Source: Paraspadella gotoi (lineage: Eukaryota; Animalia; Chaetognatha). From it: a DNA stretch of 64,000 bases. The stretch covers positions 16,312,005-16,376,004 of the forward strand of contig CM119265.1 of the NCBI GenBank assembly GCA_051294375.1, in the 5' to 3' direction. The position numbers and the translations under genes were made by a program. A model generated the notes under the pieces. That model did no database searches, was not told the DNA's origin, and worked only from the letters and a program-made list of their open reading frames with translations. Positions 14,576 to 25,401 of this stretch are shown piece after piece; position 1 is the first letter of the stretch; every line of letters starts with the position of its first letter.

Positions 14576-15669
14576 GACAAAAAAAAAAAAAAACGGGAAA
14601 GAGGGGGGGGGGGTGGAGGGGGAAAGAAATGGGAGGGGGGGCGAGGGGGAAGGATCAGTAAGGGGGGGCAGTACAGGGCGTTAAAGAAATGAGTTAGAAA
14701 CAAATCGGGGCAAGAGAGATAGAGAGGAGGGAGAGAGAGAGACTCGCCTTGTACCAAGCCGTGTAGACGATGAATATGATAATAGCGAAGAGAGGTTGAT
14801 AGAATCGGTACATGAATTTATCTTCTGATTCCACGTAGCGAAAGGAGAAAAGGAGGAAGGCGAAGAACATGTACATGGCGGTGATCAGCACCTGGAGACA
14901 GACGTCAAAGACGTTTAAGAGATTTTAATAATCATCCAAAAGCATAATTAGAATTATTTTGAAAAAAATTTTGTACTGAATCAACCACGTTGCGTTCGAA
15001 CAATGAATTAATAAATCATTAATTTATTGTTAATTTCCTGAGGTACGTGGAAATAGCAATATTACTTTTTGTGCTTCAATTTATTGTTATTTGCAATGTA
15101 CATTCAAATTAAAAATTAAGTAATTAATCAATTCCTAATTATCCGCCTACGGCCTCATTGTCGTCTGTCGTAATTCGTCACTGTTGTCGTCGTCATTATC
15201 GTCGTCGTCGCCGCCGTCGACTTCTCCCCGCCTCCGACCTGGACGTATGCCAAAGGAAAGTTGATCCAATCGTAAACGAGCGTCGTCCCCAGGGCGAGAC
15301 GAAGGTTCTCCACCTCGCGGATCAACTTCTGGTAGCTAAAGACGTTGGGAATCTTCTGCTCGAGCCACGCCCTGGGACGGTCGTTTTTTTTTTTTAGTTC
15401 AGGGACTCAATCTCGCCAAAAATGGCAACAACGATTGCAACTAAGACGACAACGAAGGCGACGACGAAGACCAAGACGACATGACAGATTGCTAAGAGTT
15501 TCAACTCACATTCTAACGATGGCCGTGCACCAAGTGGACACGATCCAGTAGTAAGGAGCCGGTTGACGACGAGCTTGAGATTCCTCGATTAACGCCAACT
15601 CGTTCTCCTTGAGCAGACCCGCGTCGACTAGATGCTGGGGAGAAAGTGTAATGAGAGGGAGTGGGAGAA

Positions 15670-15708
<39 letters not shown>

Positions 15709-15986
15709 TGAGAGGCGGGCCAGTTGGTTAACGACGATGAACGAGCTTCATGCGCCGTCGCTAACAACTTTACCTTCAAGAGTTATGACGCTTTAAATCA
15801 TTCGGTTTGAAAAGAGAAAAGGGAGGGACGAAGGAAAGGGTGAAGAACGCAGCGCGAAAGAGCGACTGTCGTTCAACGCGAAGGAAAGAAAAAAAAATAA
15901 AAAAAGATAAGAAAGAAAGAAAGAAAATAAGTGTGAAGTATTTTTCTTGCTTGACGCCCGCGAAATCGAGCATTAAGGGGAAAAAA

Positions 15987-16078
<92 letters not shown>

Positions 16079-16925
16079 AACAAACAAACAAACAAACAAA
16101 CAAACAAACAAACAAACAAACAAATAAATAAAGAAACAAAGAAAGAAAAAAAAGGGAAAATGCATAAAACTGAGTTGAACTAACAGCGTAAGAAAAAGGT
16201 TAAAAAGAAAAAAAGGAAATAAAGCCAATGCAAAATAGAATAAAAAGCAAGAAAAAATAATAATGCAAAAAAAAAAAAAAATAATGGAAGAGAGAAATTC
16301 GTGGGAAAAAAAATAGAAATAAAGAAGGAAAGACGCAAAGAAGGAGAGAAAGACAGTCAGATATTATCCGACGGCCAATTGTTTTGAGGGGGCGGGCCAC
16401 GCGAAGGAAAATCTTCCTCGACTCATAGAAAGGTTGAATTCGATCTTAAACGAGCCAAGATACGTTTTGCTCCGAGGCCGTAATCGATAACGGTTTTTTT
16501 TTATGGGATAATTCTCGTTGTTTATTTCTCTCCAAGGGATATTATTATTTCACTAATTCTATCGCTCTCCAGCATTCACAGATTTTCAAGCCGTGTCGTC
16601 AGTTGGGAACTAATTAAGTTCACGATTGCCTCACCCATTCACTACTTCGCCCTTACCTTCATGGTGGGGAACCTATTCTTGACGGCGGGTGAGACGGCGA
16701 CGTAGACCAAAACGACGGTCAAGTTGAAGTAGCGGATGAGGGTGCGTCGAATCAGCTTCGTCCGGTCGTCGTGACCCAAAATGTTCACAGTCACTGCGTC
16801 GTATTTGATTGATTTTGGTCATTAGAGAGTCAGAAAAGACATCAATGTAATGTCCAGCAATCAGAGGGACGCACGGTGAAGATATCATGGTCTGGTCTGA
16901 GTGAGTATGAGAAACAGTGAGAGAA

Positions 16926-16958
<33 letters not shown>

Positions 16959-18076
16959 GAGAGAGAAGAGAGAGAGAGAGAGAGAGAGTAGCCAATTCCA
17001 CCTGCCGACGCGAAGGCTTCCACCCAAGGAAGAATGAGCTCCTGCGACCACCATCTCTCGTAGATTTGAGGAACGAGAAAGGAAAGGATGAAAGTCAATG
17101 GTACTTAAAAACAGGAATGGGGGGAGGAGATCGAAAGTTAAGGCTGAGGTGGACGAGAATAGCGATTGAAAGTGGTTCTGGGTAATTTCTGCGTGATACT
17201 CTCTCTCTCTATCTATCTCTCTCTCACTCTCTCCTTTCTAGTTTTGTTATTATCCTTAAAAACGTCTTTGAATCGATTTTTTACGACGTCTTTGTTGCTC
17301 CTAACAAAAAGAAGCCCCGCGCAATCTCGAGATTGTGTTTTGACGAGTTTTTTCGAACTTTTAAATTCTCTTTTTCATATTGACATTTCTGTCCTAAAAA
17401 ATATTACTAGACGTTATTACCAGTAAACGTTATTAAGCAGGTAAAATATTTTTTCGTTGTTAACTATTGTTACTTACTAGCTTTTTATTTTTTATAAAAT
17501 TAGACCTGAACTTCTTTCATTTTTACAGGAACAAAAGTTAGAAAAGTAAAAAATCTTAAAATATCATAGTTCAATTTCCTCAATTTCCTCAATCTTAAAA
17601 TATCATAGTTCAATTTCCTCAATTTCCTCAATTTCCTCAATCTTAAAATATCATAGTTCAATTTCCTCAATTTCCTCAATCTTAAAATATCATAGTTCAA
17701 TTTCCTCAATTTCCTAAATTTCCTCAATCTTAAAATATCATAGTTCAATTTCCTCAATATTTTCCCATCGTGGCGGCAACTTTCAAAATGTTTGAACACC
17801 AAGCGCGCATCACTTCATCCCAAGCGTTGCCCCGAAGAACTCACGGATAATTTCCCGAAAGCATCGCATTGAATATTCACACATCGCTTCGAAGTTTTCC
17901 TTGTTCCGTCCCTTGAGGGCGAACACGTAGATGCACTCTATGGCGGCGTATGCCAAACAAAAGACGAGCAACTCGTATCGAATTCCCTTCATGAGGGAGG
18001 CGCGCCACAAGCGGAAGAGTCGTCCGTAGGTCAAGAAGCGTTGAGTGGCGATGATGTGGTTGTAAGTTTGCGTCAT
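12644..18076 (-). CDS. best: Bestrophin-family Ca2+-activated anion channel, 9 coding exons, ~610 aa: 18076-17845, 17103-17002, 16793-16657, 15634-15510, 15371-15239, 14891-14748, 14330-14178, 13808-13595, 13236-12644
   Basis: The spliced frame is open (1833 nt) with matching intron phases. Family motifs: MTQTY, LWRAS, LPLTFILSF, RWWSQ, RRTLIRY, NRFPT, YDWINFPLAYVQ, NPYGDDDDDIE (Ca2+ clasp), KDLYWD, LPYT..F.GS, followed by a long acidic low-complexity tail. The paralog cannot be assigned. Confidence 0.95.
13899..13949 (+). repeat. Short dispersed repeat (~50 bp), identical copy at 28970-29020
   Basis: ttggtacaaccaatataaaaattatccattcatttaataaataagctatct occurs at both sites, each with tctatgaa a few bases upstream. 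Confidence 0.9.
17552..17758 (+). repeat. Composite minisatellite in bestrophin intron 1
   Basis: Five copies of the 21-mer aatcttaaaatatcatagttc (17552, 17591, 17639, 17678, 17726), separated by 2, 3, 2 and 3 copies of the 9-mer aatttcctc. Confidence 0.95.
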
Positions 18077-18653
18077 CGATGCCACGATACCGGGGACGGA
18101 GCGGGCATCGTCGGCACCGCGCCCCTCACCGCCGCCTCGTCAGTCTCGCCGCCGGCGTCCCCGTCAACATCCGGGTTTTTTTTTTCGTTGAGCGAATTTT
18201 TTTCTCTGGGCGAGGAATCGTTTCAAAAGGACGGATTTTTAAAAAAATATTCGCGTTTATCAAACACTTTTTTCGTCTTTTCTTTTGTAATAGATTTTAT
18301 AAACTTATTAAGCTTTAACCGATTATTTTCCACAAATATAATTTTTTTTTTCGTGGTAACTTAACTTTATATTCTAATCATTTTTCAGATGAAATTTAAC
18401 AAACTATCGACGGATAACATCAAAGATTTTGGATAAGAACATTAGAGAAGGAAGCGGACGAAGTCGCCCGTTCGACATTTAAATAAAACTTAAAAAGGAC
18501 AATAAAAAATAAAAAGCTTCTCTCACTTATCATCCGCCGATGAAACCGCGTGGCGAGGCGGCTGACCGAGCGAACCGGATCCCTGACCGAGCGAACCGGA
18601 TCCCTGACCGAGCGAACCGGATCCCTGACCGACGATCCCTTCGCCACTGAGCC
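18077..18653. promoter_or_regulatory. Short divergent (head-to-head) interval between the bestrophin and RabGAP start codons, with a 21-bp tandem repeat
   Basis: The ATGs at 18076 (-) and 18654 (+) are 577 bp apart. ctgaccgagcgaaccggatcc occurs x3 plus a partial copy at 18562-18638. Confidence 0.65.
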
Positions 18654-21600
18654 ATGTCGTCGTGGCGAAGCCTTCAAGGCTACCTCGGCTACAAGCCGGG
18701 CGGAGGTGAGTCCGGCGGCTTCGTGTCTCAAGGTAAGTTACGATGCGGTGACGGTTGCGGCCCTTTTTTTGTCACCGCACGACGGGCACCGAAAATTGTC
18801 ACCGATGTCACGGGACGCACGATTTTCACTAAACACTCAAGTAATTTTAAAAATGTCATCTTTTTAGTCTGAGTATCTAATTTTAAAATTGAACTCGAAC
18901 TACTTGCGGGACAAAAGTATTTCATGTCTTTATGTTTTATTTTTTCGTGTTATTCTAACGGGGGGGGGCATCTTATATTATTATTTATTGTTGACCTTAC
19001 CACAAATTATTCTGCTACATTATGTTAACCCATATCTAATTTTCGAGAATAATTTAATATTTTTGTAGTTAAATCAAAACGAAATGGTTTTATTTCTATT
19101 TTTTATTACCATTTAATCGACGCTGACGTCGAAATTAATTAATTATAAAACTCCACTTTATCTCCGATAAATTATTCCAAGTCCTGGAAGTCGTCACCTG
19201 TCACATTTCTTTTTCACCAAACATACTTATTTTCGGTTTTAAAAATTTGAATCAATGTTGCTTACGTTTCCAAATCTTTTTTTTTGTTAATACAAGGAAT
19301 ACTCTCCTTTTCGATCCCGCAGCGCTTGGCCGCCTCAAAGTCCGCCGGCGGTGCTGGTACGCCTTCGAAGAGTCCACGTGTCAACTGCTGGGGTTTCGGT
19401 CGGAGGCGGAGGCGACGTCGAAGAAACCGGAAACGCGGATCGACGTCGCCGGCGCTGCCATCGCCTTGGACCCTAATCACAGCAACCAGTTCATCGTCCA
19501 GTAAGTGGGGAGAGATGTTCTTCTGTTGTTTTGTTGCGCGGAGCAACTCTACAAGTCATTTTTCGGTTGGTCTGTCAGTCTGTCTGTCGGTCGGTATGTC
19601 TGTCAGTCGGTCTGTCACTTTTATGTTAAAATGCACATAATTCGCGCTTTGTTAAGAAAGAAAAAAATCTCAAATCATGTCTTGTCATGCATGTTATGTT
19701 ATGTTATTTTATGTTATGTCAAGTCAGGTCGTGTCATATAATGTAACGAGAAATAGACGTGAAAATAAAGCCACTGCAGCGCAACATATTGGATGAACCG
19801 ATTTTGTTTTTGCTGAACTGAATTTTTGTTTTTGTTTTATGATCTTAACTAACCACGTAGTTTGCTCCCTGTCGACTCAATCCGTCGAGATAAATATAGA
19901 CCGAGGTCCATTAACCTCTTCCCATTAATGTGGTAAAAACCGGTGCTTGGCGTACTTCTCATCGTTTGCTATTTGGCCGAAAAACCGGGGAAATCTTTTA
20001 AGGATCGTTTAGGGGGCCAATGTTTTTCCATTCCCCACGTTCTATATCCCCCGCCAAAAACCCCACAACCCCGACGACCAGATCCCTTTTGATTTTATCC
20101 CCACGTCGACACAGAAATCCAACGAAAACGCAAATATTTACCCGGAACTTTTTTCAATCATTATTTTTCTCTTTTTTTTTCCCCATTTGCAGCTCAGAGG
20201 GAAAAGATCACGTCTTCACGGCAGAGAACCACGAATCCACGATGGCGTGGGTCATTGGATTGCAGGTTCACATTGTTTGCTCTGCTTAGTTGTTTTCGAA
20301 AAAAGTGACTTGAAATCAATCTAGAGAATTGTTTGCTTTCTTTCTTTAATTTGTTGTATTTGTGACAAAAATATTTATATCTGAGGAAATTTAAAAATTT
20401 TTACCACAATACGCCAACTAAGAAAAAAAACTAAATGTAACTAAATTTAAAATATATTTTACACTACTGAAGTAGCAGAACTTGCATATCCAATTTATAT
20501 TTTCGACAGACGAAACGCGATGCCTTCGACTCAAGATCCACATCTCCGTTTTCCTCCTGGGAAGATCAACATCACCATCATAATCTCCATCATCAACATC
20601 CTCCTCATCCCCAGCGTCCTCCTCCCCTCTTCCCTCACTCCACCTCCCTCTCCAAAATCCACGACGCCGACGACGATCGCCCCTCCCTCCCTCTCGGCGT
20701 TGCGCCTTCGACCAATCACGTCTCTTTCGACTCGAACGCCGGTCGCCCAACCAATCGGAACGCGTCTTTCAATTTCCGGTCGGCCAATCGAGCCGCGTCG
20801 TTTGATATCCGGTCGACCAATCGTCAAGGAGATGCCAGTTTCCGCCACTCTATGGATTTGGAGGAGGCGGGCATGGCGTTAGCGGTCGCTGCGGTGGCGG
20901 GGGACGCCAAAGCAGCAGGAACCCGGTCCTACGGGCGGTGAGTGAGGTTTGGAAGGCGGTTAGCGTGGGCTGCTGAGAGCGCGGTGGGCGGGGCGTGGGT
21001 TGACGCGAGGAGGAACGAAGGCGGGGACAATTAACCGGGATACAAACCGAGTTCCTATTCGCGTCACAACTCGGAAACGTTCGCTTCGCTACGAGGAATC
21101 CATTTATCTTCGTCCTTCGCTTCACTACACTTCGCTTTCTATCTTTCTAACTTTCGCTTTTACAACTCGCTCTTTCGCAAACTTACTTTTATATAGATTC
21201 TCTTTTCGCTTTTTCAATGAAACCATTTTGAAAACGCAATTCACAATCCCTTTTAAAATTTAGCTTTCCACTCATTTGTGTGAGAGCACTATTCACACCA
21301 TTGCCCTCGGCACATTTTTTGTCCTCCCTTCGCTACATTTTAACTCAATCTTAAATAAGCTTAATCGAAATTCCACAAATCTTGTCTGACGCCATGTTAC
21401 GGTTGAACGTTGACCTCCCGTGTCACGAACCAACTCAAAATCCGAAACTTGATTTTCTTCTCTTCATTTGTGAACAGAAAATAATTTTTCTTCTATCCTC
21501 TCATTTTCTTTTCTTTTACCGTCGTTAAGACTCCCCGCAGACCACGCGAGTAAATCACAGGCAGCTTAGTCTGTCGCTCGTTCCCGTTGGCAGTCTACGC

Positions 21601-24493
21601 CGCTTCAAGTTTCCTTTTTTTTTCACGACCCACGAGAATGGCGGGAAAAAAAATGTCGCGTTTTGACCTTTAAAAATCCTTCCAAAACCCCCAACCCCCA
21701 ACCCCCTCCCCCCGTCCCTCTATTCCATCTCCAGCTCGAGCGCCACCAGCACCCTCACTCGACGCCACATGTATCTCCGCCGTATTCGAGAGGCGGCGTC
21801 AACCTCGAACGCGGGCGTCGCCAAACCGGGGAAGGTCGTGCTGAGTCTTGACGCCAACGCCGGCGAGGCGGTGGGAAGCAGGAGCAGGGTAAGTCGTTTT
21901 AAAAGGAGAAGTTTAAAGAGAAGGGTAAGAAAAGTATGCAAGACTGGGTGGGGAATGGAGGAAAGAATAAAAAAAATCTCGTGGTCTCAAAATTAGTATA
22001 AACCGAGTAGTAGCAATAAAAATTTATGCGTTTCGTGATATTCCACTTTCTTTTCAAAATGGCAAACATTCTTTCGTGAATAAAATACAAGAAAAAAAAA
22101 TTCTAAGAAGGTCGTTCTATTTCTGATTGAAATATTCACTATTTCAATTTTTCCCGAAACACCATAAAATAGTCTACATATTGTACCAGTACAACACATT
22201 TCAAGAAGCAAAATATTTCCAACTCGAAGTTCGAACGAGTTGATCCAAAAGTCAATTGTGAAACGAGCACAATTTGGAAACAAATTTAAAAAAAAAAAAA
22301 AAACTTCGTCCGCGATTTCAAAGACGAGACCCAACGAAAAACCAAACGACGTGAATTCAAATGTGATTCAAATAATTGTTTCCAAATTCCATGAGGAGAA
22401 TTTCTTCGATCTTATCCTCGGAACAAGGAACGTAGACGAGGTGCCCGTGCAGCACGGCCGAGCAGATTGGCCACCCGTAGACGATGTGGTCGAGGTTTCC
22501 CTTTTCGAATCTCGTGTCGTAGACTTTGTGTTGGTAGACGAAGTAAAGTTCCGTCGGAGATCCGTCTATCACGTCCACCTTGATAGGAAATGGGGAAAGT
22601 TGGGTATATGAAAAAATTAAAGTCGAGAACTCACCCATTTTTGACAATTCAAAAAACTAAATAAGGCTACCGAATCTTAAAACTTACCATGATCTTCAAC
22701 CCCGGTGTTTCGGGACCAGGATCAATGAAGACATCCCTCAGCCTAAAGAGATCCCTTCGCTGCAGAATCCTTCGAACGATAGACGGGTACAGATCGAAGC
22801 TGCTCCAGTGCAGCAATCTCACGTTCTTCTCGTGCTTCTGCAAAGTGCAGCGGCGCCACCAGCCGAGCAGTTGGGCACCGTTGAGGACGGACAGCACCCG
22901 GAATTCGGCCATGAGATGCGTTACGGCCGAGATGCTGTTCATGTGGCGGACGACGAGGTTTTCGGCGGGCTTACCCTCGCAGTCGCCCACGCAATTGGAT
23001 TTGGGAATGCAGCGTTCGTAGGCGGAGGAAGATTTTCGCCAGACGAAGAGATTGACGTCGAAGGGCCGATAGAAGAGCGCGTCTCCATCGATCGCCGGGA
23101 CCAACGGAAAGTCGTAGAAGATTTCGGCGGGGATTTTGTAGTTCCCGTCGTCGTCGTCCTCTCTCCCCGTCCACCGGTGGTCGTTGTGACTCCGACCGCC
23201 TTGATGATAGATCCGAAAGTAGATTCGCTTCCAATGAAAGAAGGGCAACGCCGGCAGCCCCTCCCCATTGGTGAACCGCAGAGCCACGTTCTCTTCGTTC
23301 TTTCGAGCGACGACGGCGACGCTGACGACGGCGCCGTGCTGGAAGAACTCGGTCACGTTGGCTCCGTTGTTACAGTTGAACGTGGATTTGAGGGCGTACT
23401 TTAGTTTGGAATAGTCGCTGAACCAAACGCCGAACCGGCTCACGTCCGTGTCGGAGCTGACAAAGCGAGCAGCGACGTCGCGAGGCGACATCAGGTCCGG
23501 GGTTTCGATAAGAACAAGCTTTACATCGGAAGCGCGGAGGCGCGAGATAGCCTCCTCGTAAAAGCGTTCGGCGTCGAAGACGCAGGGCCTCCGCTCCTTC
23601 GGCAGAGTCCACGGGACGGGGACCTGCTCATGCTCCCCCTTGATCAGGGGGCGACGCGGGTGTTTCGGAGGGAGGGACGAATGATGGTGGATGCGATAGG
23701 TAACGAGCGTTATGAGGAGGATCAGAAAGACGGCGGCCCCGATGGAACCGGGCCCTTCGGGGCTTGAGAGAAACTATTACAGTTGACGACAGGTTTTATT
23801 TAGGCTGCTGTTATATTTACATTATAATTACAATTTATAATTTTAGTATTTGCTATGGTATTGCTCGATAAAATTGAGAAGCAGCGTAGAATAAGACCCC
23901 CCTGTCGGAAATTGGCGTAGCGACGATTAAATCGCCGTCTCAGAGCCCACATCGTTTATTTGTTCTCTTTTATTTTCTTTCGCGATTCGTTTTTTAGTTT
24001 ACGTTTAATTTAAAAGTTGAATCGAAACTCGGACGATACTTTTTGACGGAACTGTTAACCTGGGAAACACCGATTTAGTTGTCCCTAGTTGGAACAAAAG
24101 ATGAAAACGAGATTTGGACTCGGTTCAACTCGGATAAACTTCTTTTCAAGATTCAAATTGAGGGACACAAAAACAAGTAGAAAGATGGGGATGTGATTAT
24201 AGTTAAGAGAACAAGGTTCTGGTAAACAGTAAGCTTTAAGAAAACAATAGCTAAAAATAATTGGTTTTTTTTTGGTGTTTTTGGTCAGGAATTCGAAAGT
24301 CAACTTAGTGGATTTGTCGGATCTCTGTCTCTCAGCGAAGCTAATCTCATGAATTTCGAGAGGGAAAGAAATTCAAGTGAGTCTCTCTATCTCTCTCTCT
24401 CTCTCTCTCTCATAATAATCAAAAGGTATCACAAAATGATTATCATAAATTATAAATCTTTTCATGTCCGTTGACGAGAATTACGCTTCAACA

Positions 24494-24563
<70 letters not shown>

Positions 24564-25347
24564 TTGCACATAACTCTCAACTTCAGTCGTTCATTAATTC
24601 ATCTAATTTATCCTACGTGATTAATTTCGTTTCAGCAATCAGCTGCTCCAGCGAGTTGATGTCGTTATATCACAACAACAACAACAACGAAGCCCTCATC
24701 AACCGAAAGGGAAACGATCTTAACATCAATAACAACAACAACAACGACTTTCAGAACGGCGCCGCGGCTTCTTCGATCGGCGACGTCTCATTCGAGACGA
24801 GCGCTGGACCCTCGGCGTTTCGCGTTTCCTCGACGCCGCTTTTCGGCGCTAAAACTAATTTCGGCGTCGCCCATCCACTCGACGCCGCCACGACCCGCGT
24901 CTCCGCCGCCGCAGCCGCCGCCGGCACCGCGGATCATATCCACAACGACGTCGGCGCCGATTTTAAGTTTTTCCGGCGAAAAGCGTCGTCTTCGTCGTCG
25001 GCTTTGTCGGGCGAACCGGAAGTGGGCGTGGAGGCAAGAGTCAAGGCGGAGACACGAGGGGCGGCGCCGACGCGTGAGGCTCGTGGAGCGGAGATTGGAG
25101 GCGATGAGGCGGACAGGGGAAAGTGAGTCAATCAATATTCTTTTCGCTTAGTCTGTCTGTCTGTCTACCTCTCTGTCTCTCTCTCCCTCTTACCTTCAAT
25201 GTTTGCTTCAGTCCCTCTTTACCTCACCCTGTCTCTCCTTTTACAGCTTCACAATCACTCTTTCTCATTCTCTTTCTCGCTCTGCTCTCTCTCGCTCTGC
25301 TCTCTCTTGCTGCCTCTCACTACTCTCTCTCTCTCTCTGCTCTCTCT

Positions 25348-25401
<54 letters not shown>

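Noticed and set aside
17552-18638. Repeat arrays as CRISPR-like
   Set aside because: No unique spacers, eukaryotic context, no cas genes.
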